A stretch of 64,000 nt of DNA, from assembly GCA_016699875.1 (NCBI GenBank), contig CP064989.1, positions 85,380 to 149,379 on the forward strand, written 5' to 3'. This DNA is from Candidatus Moraniibacteriota bacterium. GTDB taxonomy: Bacteria > Patescibacteriota > Minisyncoccia > Moranbacterales > UBA1568. The notes beneath the pieces are model-generated. The model searched no databases. It had not been told where the DNA came from and saw nothing but the letters and a program-made list of their open reading frames with translations. The translations under genes and the position numbers were made by a program. Of this stretch, positions 20,467-29,800 are shown in pieces. Within the stretch, counting starts at the first letter, position 1. Each line of letters opens with the position of its first letter.

Positions 20467-21969
20467 TTGAAGATTTTCCAAAAGACAAAGACGTCTGCTC
20501 CATGTAGAGAGCGCATGAATATTACTCAACATCCCCTATTTCTCATTTCCCTCCTTCTTGCCGCCTTTTTTTTCAAAGGCGTGTTTTTGGTGGCGCTTTT
20601 CCCGATATTCACCGGGCAAGACGAAGCAAGACACTACAACACACTTCAATACTTCAATCAACCGAAAATACCCAACGAAAAGATGACTCACCGTCCTTAC
20701 ATTCAAAACAAAGAAGACTTTTCCGACTACAATTTCTCCGAAGAAATCATCAATACCGGAAAAGCGGCCGGCATTGATGATTTGCGGCACGGGCTTTTTG
20801 ATACGCAGCCATTCGTCTCGGAAAGCTTTGACGGTCCGAATGAATCGAGTATCACTCAAAAAACATGGAAACCATATAACTTCACTGCACCCGCCGACAT
20901 TGCCGGAACCGGAAGTTTCTACCATAAAGTTGCGAGCGAAATCGAGTCAGCACTTTCTCAACACGATATTCTCGTTCGATTCTACGCAATTCGCATTTTC
21001 TCAGTATTTCTTGGAACCATAGCCGTATTGCTCGCCTTCCTCATTGCGAGAGCGCTCCGATTCGACTTATTCACAAGCACCCTCTTTGCCGCACTCGTCG
21101 CTTTCCAACCGAAGTTCTCCATGTACATGACCAATATCAACTACGACGCCCTCCTCATCCCATCGTTTTTCCTCTTTACCTGGGGAGGGGTCTTGAGTCT
21201 CCAAAAAGGACTTAACTGGAAGAGCTTCATCGTGATGCTGACAGCAGTGGCAATCGGACTCCTCACCAAGGGAACCGCTATTGTTCTACTCGCGGCATTT
21301 CTTGGCATTATCGTTTTTCACATTCTTGCTCTGGCAAGGCGCACCTTCAATGCCACCACTACTATAAAAAGCGTAGGGGTGGCACTCTTCGTTATCGTCG
21401 GTATATTCATACTCTCCAGCGGACGATACCACTACACAACACTCATTCCTGTCGGAGATTCACTATCAATCACCATCAGCTCCTTGGAAAGCTACCTCGA
21501 CAAAAGCCTCACATTCGGGAGATTTGCACTTTCGTCACGTACCTATTGGGGCACGCTCGGATGGAACGACGACTTCTTGGCAAATCATCTCACAGATATA
21601 CTCTCACGAGTCGAAGGAATTGCCGCGCTTGGCCTCGTGCTCTTTCTCTTCACTAAAAACAAGCCTGATTTCCTTCCGGAGAAATGCTCGGTTATATTTC
21701 TTATTGCCATGATCTTGGCACTTCAACTTGGTATTCGAGCCGCAGACTGGAACATATTTGCCCATACCGGGTCGCTCGTTCTCGGCACGCCAGGCAGATA
21801 CTTCCTCCCTAATTTGGCAACACACATCATACTTGTCTTCATTGGGCTCGGTATGCTTCTCGGAACCCGCGAACGATTTAAGAACGTGCTTATCGGCGGA
21901 GTTATCCTGATGTGTTTCTTCTCAATATTTCTCACGCTTGATACGATTCTTCCACGATTCTATCTCTAA
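20467..21969 (+). CDS. GT-C fold membrane glycosyltransferase (ArnT/PMT-like)
   Basis: Polytopic, with a DEARHY motif in the first extracytoplasmic loop. This is the GT-C DE signature of the ArnT/PMT families. Confidence 0.55.
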   Translation: MKIFQKTKTSAPCRERMNITQHPLFLISLLLAAFFFKGVFLVALFPIFTGQDEARHYNTLQYFNQPKIPNEKMTHRPYIQNKEDFSDYNFSEEIINTGKAAGIDDLRHGLFDTQPFVSESFDGPNESSITQKTWKPYNFTAPADIAGTGSFYHKVASEIESALSQHDILVRFYAIRIFSVFLGTIAVLLAFLIARALRFDLFTSTLFAALVAFQPKFSMYMTNINYDALLIPSFFLFTWGGVLSLQKGLNWKSFIVMLTAVAIGLLTKGTAIVLLAAFLGIIVFHILALARRTFNATTTIKSVGVALFVIVGIFILSSGRYHYTTLIPVGDSLSITISSLESYLDKSLTFGRFALSSRTYWGTLGWNDDFLANHLTDILSRVEGIAALGLVLFLFTKNKPDFLPEKCSVIFLIAMILALQLGIRAADWNIFAHTGSLVLGTPGRYFLPNLATHIILVFIGLGMLLGTRERFKNVLIGGVILMCFFSIFLTLDTILPRFYL

Positions 21970-21977
21970 TATCCGCT

Positions 21978-22679
21978 ATGTTCCCATATCGAACACCAGC
22001 ACTCTTTCTCACGCTCATTGCCATCTTAACGGCGATTATTGTTGTGAATCTCTCCAATCAGTGGGGATTTCCAGACACTCGATTCCCTCTCAATAAAGGA
22101 GAAAAAACAAAGCTTGGCGAAGCGGGAGCGCAACAGACATTCAAGATTGACCGCAATGGGCTCTCGGGCATCAATATCCTCTTCAGTGGCTCGCAGATAG
22201 ACAATGGTGGAACACTCTCGCTCGCTCTCCTCGATGAGTCGTGTCAGGAAACAATCGTCCGACAGGTACTCCTCGCCAGGTCTCTTGATACCGAGAACTC
22301 GTTTCGATTTTCTTTTGCCTCCATTGCCGATTCAAAAGGAAAAACCTTCTGTCTCGATATACATTTTTCCCCCGAGAAAGGATCGAAAAAAGCGGCGATA
22401 TTCGTTATTCCCAACACGATCCCCGAGAAATCGCTCTCACTCTTCATAAATGGAAAAGCGCGTCCCAATGAATCACTCGCCTTTCGTCCCGTATACAGAA
22501 GTGGCAACATTCTTACCGACCTCATTGAGCTCGATCAACGAATATCCCAATACAAACCATGGTTCTTAAAGAGCGCCGCCCTTGCTGGAATAGCGATTCT
22601 CTCCGTCGGATTCACCTTCTGGTTTCTTATCCTCATAGCAATCTCCCCATCAAAGCAGAAGCACAAAACAAAAGAATGA
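21978..22679 (+). CDS. Hypothetical bitopic membrane protein
   Basis: N-terminal and C-terminal TM helices flanking a soluble domain. Confidence 0.4.
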   Translation: MFPYRTPALFLTLIAILTAIIVVNLSNQWGFPDTRFPLNKGEKTKLGEAGAQQTFKIDRNGLSGINILFSGSQIDNGGTLSLALLDESCQETIVRQVLLARSLDTENSFRFSFASIADSKGKTFCLDIHFSPEKGSKKAAIFVIPNTIPEKSLSLFINGKARPNESLAFRPVYRSGNILTDLIELDQRISQYKPWFLKSAALAGIAILSVGFTFWFLILIAISPSKQKHKTKE

Positions 22680-22729
22680 AAACTGCCTACGCCTTCTCTT
22701 GGTAGCTCGAAAATACTTTCGGGAAACGC

Positions 22730-23680
22730 TTACACCCTGTAATACTCCCGGTACCATTCAACAAAGTTTTTGATGCCTACATCGATACGCGTCGTCGGTT
22801 CCCATCCGAGCGCGCGCAGTTTTGAAATATCCGCAACTGTCGCCGGGACATCGCCCGGCTGCATGGGCATCATCTTCTTCTCAGCTGTCTTCCCGATATT
22901 CTCTTCGATAACCTCGATAAATCGTGTCAATTTTTCTTCAGCATCACCGCCAATATTCATAACACCTGTCGGCAAATCAGCATCTAATACCCTTATCGTT
23001 CCAGAAACGATATCGTCGATATAGGTAAAGTTTCTCGTCATATTCCCGAAATTGTACACTTCTATCGGCTTTCCTTCAAAAATATTTTTTGTGAAACTAA
23101 AAAGGGCCATATCAGGCCGTCCCCACGGACCGTACACCGTGAAGAACCGAAGCCCGGTCGTCGGGAGCTTATACAGATGGCTCCACACGTGAGCAAAGAG
23201 CTCATTTGCTTTTTTACTCGCGGCATACGGAGAAACCGGAGCATCAACAGAATCGCTTTCAGCAAATGGTACTTTTTCATTCCCGCCATAAACGGATGAT
23301 GACGATGCATACACAAAATTCTTTGCATCATGTTTTCGCGCCGCCTCAAGCAATACAAGCGTGCCGTTCACATTCACATCCGCATACAGAAGCGGGTCCT
23401 GTATAGAATATCGAACACCCGCCATTGCCGCCAAGTGGACCACTTTCTCTATCTTCTCCTCTTCAAAAATGCTCTCAACTAGTTTCGCATCGCGGATATC
23501 GCCCTCGTACAACTTGAAATCAACACCCTTCAAAAAAATAGCGATACGATCCCGCTTGAGTTGCGGATCGTAATAATCATTGAAGTTATCAAGAATCACT
23601 ACTCGATCACCGCGCTCCACTAAGCGCTTCGTCACTGCTGACCCGATAAATCCAGCACCTCCGGTCACAAGAATATTCAT
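22730..23680 (-). CDS. NAD-dependent sugar-nucleotide epimerase (UDP-glucuronate/UDP-glucose 4-epimerase-like)
   Basis: MNILVTGGAGFIGSAV Rossmann motif and YxxxK region of extended SDRs. Confidence 0.8.
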   Translation of the reverse strand: MNILVTGGAGFIGSAVTKRLVERGDRVVILDNFNDYYDPQLKRDRIAIFLKGVDFKLYEGDIRDAKLVESIFEEEKIEKVVHLAAMAGVRYSIQDPLLYADVNVNGTLVLLEAARKHDAKNFVYASSSSVYGGNEKVPFAESDSVDAPVSPYAASKKANELFAHVWSHLYKLPTTGLRFFTVYGPWGRPDMALFSFTKNIFEGKPIEVYNFGNMTRNFTYIDDIVSGTIRVLDADLPTGVMNIGGDAEEKLTRFIEVIEENIGKTAEKKMMPMQPGDVPATVADISKLRALGWEPTTRIDVGIKNFVEWYREYYRV

Positions 23681-23731
23681 ACAGAGAGAATTAGGTATTA
23701 CGAAGAAATAAGGAGTCGAGAAAACACGCTA

Positions 23732-25003
23732 TCAAGAATGCGGGATTCTCGCTTTCAGGAAGAGGCTGTACTCGCCGTCAGGATCACTATTTGTCGTATA
23801 GCACCGAAGAGCAGTCTCTCGAGCCCTCTCCCCCATCTTCCTCCGAAAATCACCATCAGAAATAAGCTGTGATGCTTTTTTATACCAGTCTTCTTCATTC
23901 ACGGCAATATACCCATCTTCACCATCACGTATTGCCTCTTGAAAAGTTTGCGTCGCCGTAGCGATCGTTGATACGCCGACAATGCCCGCTTCAAAGAATT
24001 TCAGTTCGCTCTTCGCCTCACAAAACGGATCGCCGACTTCCAAAGGCGCAATATTGATATCGACGCTTGCAATATTCCGAAAATTCTCAGCACGCGGAAC
24101 ATAAGAAACATGATCAATACGAGTAGTGTACGGTTCGAGCACGCTAGGAAGACTGAGCGGTCCGCCAATAAAGATTCGAAGATACTCAAACTCATCCAGA
24201 AGCCGCTTCAAAACAGATGAAACTGTGTCGAAATCCCGATCATGCCCCGTTGACCCGCTAAAATAGCCGATGGTAACAGGAGCAGGAAATGGAAGGTGGG
24301 AGATAGAAGATGAAACGACACTGTCTGACTCCTTATTTCTCATTCTTAATTCCACATCCCGCATTCTTAATTCTTCTGTATCCTTTTTTCTTGTCTCAAG
24401 AATCGCCTCTGCGATTGTGACATCTTCACAACTCAGGCGATTCGGCACGACAAACACTGGCTTCCCAAAAACACGAAGCCTCTCCGCAAGAAATTCCGTA
24501 CTCGTTGTTACTCCTGAAATAGCCGAGCTCTTCAGAAATTCAGCGCCGATACCGTTTTGATACTGCTTTCTTTCAAATGCATTCATCGCCTCATAGGCAG
24601 CTGTTTGTTTGAAAAGTGCCACGTCAAAAGTAAGATCATCCGTATCAAATATCACAGTCTTTTTCAAAGATTCCAACTGTCGGATAAATGCATCCACAGA
24701 TGACGTCCACGACGTCCGGTGAAATACAAACACCGAAAACTTCTCGGCAAATCGTGAAAGACGAAGGGTGTCCTGCTGAATCACTCCTGCTCGGAAGCCC
24801 TGCAAACGAAGAGATTCCGCAACATGCGCACAACGATAGCGCGCACTATCGCCAACACCGCTCGCTATAAAGAGAACATCTCCGGAGTCAGCCCGACGAA
24901 ACAGTGTCGGTATTGAAGAAACGATCCTCCGACTCCCATTCACAATTCCGTCTCGCCGAAATACCGACCACGCTTTTCCAAGTTGTACAAGAAGTCGTTC
25001 CAT
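23732..25003 (-). CDS. Glycosyltransferase (GT4-like)
   Basis: C-terminal E..FFEAGIVG..TIATATQTFQEAIRDGEDGYI resembles the GT4 EX7E region. Confidence 0.65.
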   Translation of the reverse strand: MERLLVQLGKAWSVFRRDGIVNGSRRIVSSIPTLFRRADSGDVLFIASGVGDSARYRCAHVAESLRLQGFRAGVIQQDTLRLSRFAEKFSVFVFHRTSWTSSVDAFIRQLESLKKTVIFDTDDLTFDVALFKQTAAYEAMNAFERKQYQNGIGAEFLKSSAISGVTTSTEFLAERLRVFGKPVFVVPNRLSCEDVTIAEAILETRKKDTEELRMRDVELRMRNKESDSVVSSSISHLPFPAPVTIGYFSGSTGHDRDFDTVSSVLKRLLDEFEYLRIFIGGPLSLPSVLEPYTTRIDHVSYVPRAENFRNIASVDINIAPLEVGDPFCEAKSELKFFEAGIVGVSTIATATQTFQEAIRDGEDGYIAVNEEDWYKKASQLISDGDFRRKMGERARETALRCYTTNSDPDGEYSLFLKARIPHS

Positions 25004-25014
25004 ACGACAGAAAT

Positions 25015-26304
25015 CTACAGGTACTTCTCCGGATTGATATGCGCGCCCGTCGGAATAAGAAGATCCTTTATACTTGACGACTTTACCACCTCAAACGACT
25101 CGCTTGTGTACACGCCAAAGTGCACATGCGGCCCGGTAGAATACCCCGTACTTCCCATAAGACCGATTTTTTCGCCGCGATCAACCTTCTCGCCCTTCTT
25201 AACTGACTGCTTACTCAAATGCCCATAGAGCGTTGTCAATCCGTTTTCATGCTCTATGGCAATCCACTTCCCATAGGCATACTTCCCCTCATCACCCATT
25301 GCGACTACCTTTCCATCCTCTGCCGCCAGAACCGGCGTGCCCACTGAGTCAGCAAAGTCCACCCCATTGTGAAAGGTATACCACTTCGTAAAGGTCGTCT
25401 TGCCATACCCTTGTGTTTTGCGCGGATCCTTCACTGGATACCCGAGAACACCCGAGCTGAAATTCGGAATAGAGCTCAAATCTATCTTCCCAGCCCTCGC
25501 CGCATCCAGCTGTTCGATTTCATCTTCTATTTCCTTACGCTGCTTCTCCAAGTCGGAGACGATATCGCTATACTTTGATTGCTCTGCCGCCGCTTGTGCC
25601 GCAAGCGTCTCTTTGTTGCGTCGGGAATTTTCCAAATAAGCATTCTGTTGCTCAAGCTGGAACTTCACACTTGCCACTTCCACTTTCTTTGTACTTGCCA
25701 AATCGTGTTCGCGCACAAGAGCATTGCGAAGATTCGTTATACTCGAGAGCGTCTCTTTCACGCCCGTTCCCGCCTCGAAAAGGTGATCCCGCCCAAGAAT
25801 CATCGAATCAAAATCATCCACAGAAGCAAGCAACATTGATGAAACGCCAATAGCCTGCGTCTGAGAATCATAATACGAACGAAGAATACCCGCCAAAATG
25901 CCCTTCTGAATACCAATTACTTTTTCCTTCTCCTTCACTCGAGATTCCAACGACTCAATTTGCTGTCCCAAGTCCGCCAATCGCCGCTCATTGCTCGTGA
26001 TATCGCCTTGCAACACATCCGATTGCGCCGCCAAATTCTCCGCCTGTGCCGCCAGTTGGTCATGTTCCTTATCTTTCAAGTTTACAATTTTCTGGTAGGT
26101 TTTTATTTTGTCCTTTAGCTCGTCGAGCACATCTTCCTTTTCATTTTGCGCTTTCTTGAGTGCATCCTCTTGCTCCGGTGTGCGTGTCGCCTGCGCATGA
26201 GAAATATTCCGAAATGGAACCAGAGAAAGAGCAAAAGACAGGGCCATCAAGAAAGAAAACCCAAAGAGCAACTCATGCACTGTCTTTCCCAAGAACGCCT
26301 TCAT
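25015..26304 (-). CDS. M23 family metallopeptidase with N-terminal coiled-coil (EnvC/LytM-like)
   Basis: Signal/TM at the N-terminus and a long coiled-coil. C-terminal HNGVD...HVHFGVY M23 motifs. Start set at internal MKAFLGK (26304) to avoid overlap with gltX. Confidence 0.7.
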   Translation of the reverse strand: MKAFLGKTVHELLFGFSFLMALSFALSLVPFRNISHAQATRTPEQEDALKKAQNEKEDVLDELKDKIKTYQKIVNLKDKEHDQLAAQAENLAAQSDVLQGDITSNERRLADLGQQIESLESRVKEKEKVIGIQKGILAGILRSYYDSQTQAIGVSSMLLASVDDFDSMILGRDHLFEAGTGVKETLSSITNLRNALVREHDLASTKKVEVASVKFQLEQQNAYLENSRRNKETLAAQAAAEQSKYSDIVSDLEKQRKEIEDEIEQLDAARAGKIDLSSIPNFSSGVLGYPVKDPRKTQGYGKTTFTKWYTFHNGVDFADSVGTPVLAAEDGKVVAMGDEGKYAYGKWIAIEHENGLTTLYGHLSKQSVKKGEKVDRGEKIGLMGSTGYSTGPHVHFGVYTSESFEVVKSSSIKDLLIPTGAHINPEKYL

Positions 26305-26335
26305 CGTTCTAGTCGTAAAGATTTGTACCCCCTGA

Positions 26336-27850
26336 TTATAGCATTTTCTCCAAAAGCGTCTCCGCTTTTTCGATTCTCTCAAGTGTCGACTGCTTCCCAA
26401 TGACCCAGGCAATTTCATGGGGCGGCGGCGACTGCTTCTCGCCCGAGAGCGCCACACGAAGCGGCCAGAGGAAATCCCCTCGCCTCTCCCCTGCCGTTTC
26501 AAGGAGTGTTTTTTCCAGCCGCCCTCGTTCCCATTCATTGTCCGGAATATCTGCAAGCACCGCGAGCATCGTCTCCAGCAACAGTCTCGTTTCCTTGGGA
26601 GTATTCTTCTTCCACGGAAGAAACAACGGATCCACCGTCGGCTCAACAAAGAGAAATTTTGACGATTCACCAACATCGGAGAGTTTTTGCAGTCGGTCCT
26701 GTTCGATAACCAATACCCGCGCTACATATTCCGATTCTTTCCGGCTATCTTCGACAGACTCGAACCACGTCTTTTGTCGCAAAAACGGGAGCGCTCTCGT
26801 GAATAATTCTTCAGCTGAGAGGTTCTTAATATACTGCGCATTGAGCCAGTCAAGCTTCTTCCCATCAAAGACCGCTCCACCCTTGTGAACATGGGCAAGA
26901 TCAAACTCATCTACCAATTCACGAAGTGAAAAAATTTCCTGAGTCTTCCCCTCGCCAGGATTCCACCCCAAAAGCGCCACAAAATTGAGAAGCGCCTCAG
27001 GAAGATACCCCTTCGCCAAATAATCCTCAACCGCTACATCGCCCTGCCGCTTCGAGAGCTTCGAGCGATCGGGATTGAGGAGAAGCGGCAAGTGCGAAAA
27101 CTGCGGAATATTCCATCCAAACGCTTCATAGAGCAAAATATGCTTCGGCGTCGACGGCAACCACTCTTCACCGCGAATCACATGCGTGATACCCATCAAA
27201 TGATCATCCACTACGTTTGCCAAGTGATAGGTTGGAAATCCGTCCGACTTAAGGAGCACCTGATCATCAATCGTCTCCCGTAAAAACGAAACTTTCCCGC
27301 GCACGGCATCATCAAAAGTGATGTTCCCATCCCCTCCATCAACGCGCAGCCGAACCACATACGACGCATCTTCTATCAATTTCTTCGAAACCTCTTCCTT
27401 CGACAGATTTCGACACCGCCCGTCATATCGCGTCGGCTCTTTGCGCGCCTCTTGCTCTTTCCGCACCGCCTCGAGTCGTTCCGCACTGCAAAAGCACCGA
27501 TATGCCCTCCCCTTATCAATCAATTCTTCGGCATGCTTCCGGTATATATCCAGCCGCGCGGACTGAACATACGGACCGCACATCCCCTTTTCTGTCGTCC
27601 CCCATCTTCCGTTTTCCGCTTTCCCCACCAATCCCTCATCCCAGTCAAAAAACAATCCGAGCGTCCCCAACAATTTCTCGACCGCATCCTCAACCAGTCG
27701 CTTCCGATCGGTATCTTCAATACGAAGAATAAACGTGCCTCCGCACTTCCGTGCAAAGAGATAATTATACAAAGCCGTCCGCAAGCTCCCCACATGCAAA
27801 TACCCCGTCGGCGACGGCGCAAACCGCACCCGAACTTTTTTGTCATCCAT
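26336..27850 (-). CDS. gltX: Glutamate--tRNA ligase
   Basis: VRVRFAPSPTGYLHVG HIGH motif and KLSKR (KMSKS-class) motif. Confidence 0.9.
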   Translation of the reverse strand: MDDKKVRVRFAPSPTGYLHVGSLRTALYNYLFARKCGGTFILRIEDTDRKRLVEDAVEKLLGTLGLFFDWDEGLVGKAENGRWGTTEKGMCGPYVQSARLDIYRKHAEELIDKGRAYRCFCSAERLEAVRKEQEARKEPTRYDGRCRNLSKEEVSKKLIEDASYVVRLRVDGGDGNITFDDAVRGKVSFLRETIDDQVLLKSDGFPTYHLANVVDDHLMGITHVIRGEEWLPSTPKHILLYEAFGWNIPQFSHLPLLLNPDRSKLSKRQGDVAVEDYLAKGYLPEALLNFVALLGWNPGEGKTQEIFSLRELVDEFDLAHVHKGGAVFDGKKLDWLNAQYIKNLSAEELFTRALPFLRQKTWFESVEDSRKESEYVARVLVIEQDRLQKLSDVGESSKFLFVEPTVDPLFLPWKKNTPKETRLLLETMLAVLADIPDNEWERGRLEKTLLETAGERRGDFLWPLRVALSGEKQSPPPHEIAWVIGKQSTLERIEKAETLLEKML

Positions 27851-27909
27851 AAATATTCAGTTTCTTCTTAACATACGACGCTTCCACTTCAGAATCAAAG
27901 AAATGATTT

Positions 27910-29112
27910 TTATCTTTGGAGTACCATCACCAGACGAGGTTCGCCATCACCCCAATAATTTTCTTTTCGGGATTCAATAACAAATCCAAAAGACCGGTAC
28001 AGCTTCTGCGCAATCATATTGTCCGGATGAGTAACCAAATCGATCCTCTTCATATCTTTCAAATCCTCTTCCAAAATCTTGCTCAACACCTCACGTCCGA
28101 TACCTTGCCCCTGAAAACGAGGTGCCACAACAAGTCCGCTTATATGAGCAATGTTTTCGCCTTTTCTTTCATATGAAACATTTCCCACTATCTCACCGCC
28201 CTTTTCAATAAGATAGACAGAACCTTTCCGCATCTCTTCATTCCATTCGTCTTCCTTGACCATCGGCGAATAAATGCACGTTCCCGAGACTTTGTTCTCA
28301 ATATCCAGAAGCAGAGGAATATCAGTATGCGTCGCCTCTTTCAAATGAACCGGCAGAGGTGTATTCATAAGAAAATCACAAAGTACCGAACAAGGGAATA
28401 CAATAACCGCTCGGAATATCCTTCGCCACCGCGACGGCTGGACAAGAAGCCGCCAGAGCCACTCAAATCCGAATATTCGAAGTAATTTCGGAGCTCGAGA
28501 GATCTTTCCGGTCAGGAAGTCAAAAGCCCCTCCCACTCCCATTGCCAGTTTCACATGTTCCGCACGTCCCCGCAAGGACTCGAGGAAATATTCCTGCTCC
28601 GGTGCTCCGAAGTTGGAGAAGACAATAGAAGTGTTGATTGTTGATTGTTGATTGTTGATCGGCAAAGCAAATTCCTCCCCCGTCACTTTCAATCTCGGGT
28701 ATTTCTTGAGAAGTGCGGTTTGAATTTCATCAAGCGATGAAAGTCCATCTTTCCTAATGGCAAGAAACATGGAAAAATTTCGTTTCTCTGCTTCTTTCAG
28801 AATCTCATGAAGTATATCCGCACCTGGAAATCGATCGATGTGTTTTCCGGAAAGCCACCCCGCAATCGTAATGCCGATACCATCCGCAACGCGCACATCC
28901 GCCTGAAGAAGATTCGCATGAAATTGCTTACTTTCTCTTGCGAGCAAGAGAAATTCCGGCCCGACGGTTGCAATCCGATGGAAAGCATTCCCTGAAAGCC
29001 AGCGCGTTACGCCGTCACGCACTTCTCCGCGCGACACGAGCGATAGAGGTATTCCGAAAATGGAGAATGTGCTCAAATTCATGTATTCCAAAAACAGCAA
29101 AGCATTCGTCAT
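27910..29112 (-). CDS. Fusion protein: WecB/TagA/CpsF (GT26) glycosyltransferase domain + C-terminal GNAT N-acetyltransferase domain
   Basis: N-terminal FGIPLS...ADGIGI...GVGGAFDFLTGKISRAPK..FEWLWRL GT26 blocks. C-terminal VAPRFQGQGIGREVL (GNAT motif A). Confidence 0.7.
   Translation of the reverse strand: MTNALLFLEYMNLSTFSIFGIPLSLVSRGEVRDGVTRWLSGNAFHRIATVGPEFLLLARESKQFHANLLQADVRVADGIGITIAGWLSGKHIDRFPGADILHEILKEAEKRNFSMFLAIRKDGLSSLDEIQTALLKKYPRLKVTGEEFALPINNQQSTINTSIVFSNFGAPEQEYFLESLRGRAEHVKLAMGVGGAFDFLTGKISRAPKLLRIFGFEWLWRLLVQPSRWRRIFRAVIVFPCSVLCDFLMNTPLPVHLKEATHTDIPLLLDIENKVSGTCIYSPMVKEDEWNEEMRKGSVYLIEKGGEIVGNVSYERKGENIAHISGLVVAPRFQGQGIGREVLSKILEEDLKDMKRIDLVTHPDNMIAQKLYRSFGFVIESRKENYWGDGEPRLVMVLQR
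28622..28649. repeat. Perfect 4x tandem heptanucleotide repeat (TGTTGAT)4 inside the GT26-GNAT CDS
   Basis: Directly visible: tgttgat tgttgat tgttgat tgttgat. Encodes INNQQSTIN on the minus strand. The unit length is not a multiple of 3. Confidence 0.9.
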
Positions 29113-29229
29113 CCCGACCGAAGCGACGAAGGAGCGAAGCGGAAAAATCCAAAACCGTATTGGTTATGAGGCCCCTCTGTTTCGGTCGGGAGGACATAGG
29201 TACGGTCGGGATAATCAATGCAACCCGCA

Positions 29230-29796
29230 TTACTCCTCCCCCAGAGGGAATTCTTCCAGCACTTCATAGTGCAAACCTTCCGCTTTTGAAAACGTGCTCT
29301 CGAAGAGCGTGAGACTCGAAACAGGAATTGAAACTCGCCAGGATGAGGCGAGGATAGGCTTCTCACGAAGCGCCTCCCACTTCTCTTTGCGGATGCGAGC
29401 AAGCGTGATATGCGGACGGAAATGCTTTCGAGGCGCTGTCGCCATATCCAATGCCTCTTCAAGTCGATTTGCCAGCAAAAGCAATTCCGCACTTTCTTCT
29501 CCCGAAAACCACAGCATATTTCCCTTCTCCGAAGCATCGCCCTCCTTGTGTGAGAAATCTATTGTGTCAAGCGCCACATCGAACGATTCAGTAGCCAGAC
29601 ACACCTCAGCAATGCGCGACACGATCTCGGAAATATCCTCATCGCCTCGAAATCCCAGGAAAAGCACCGTCACGTGCAAATTCCGCTCTTTGGTAAGACG
29701 AAGCGGCAGAGATGTCCATTTTTCCATCCGTACCGAGAGCCGCCTCGCCACTTCCGCCGGGATACGAACTCCCAAGAATATTTTCCGCGCCTTCAT
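29230..29796 (-). CDS. thpR: RNA 2',3'-cyclic phosphodiesterase (2H phosphoesterase, LigT/ThpR)
   Basis: Two H-x-T/S-x motifs (HVTVLF and HITLAR). Start at MKARKIF placed just after the dnaJ stop. Confidence 0.65.
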   Translation of the reverse strand: MKARKIFLGVRIPAEVARRLSVRMEKWTSLPLRLTKERNLHVTVLFLGFRGDEDISEIVSRIAEVCLATESFDVALDTIDFSHKEGDASEKGNMLWFSGEESAELLLLANRLEEALDMATAPRKHFRPHITLARIRKEKWEALREKPILASSWRVSIPVSSLTLFESTFSKAEGLHYEVLEEFPLGEE

Positions 29797-29800
29797 AGCC

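Noticed and set aside
22680-22729. Possible terminator between convergent genes (cgaaa-atac-tttcg)
   Set aside because: Only a 5-bp AT-rich stem with no clear U-tract. Too weak to call.
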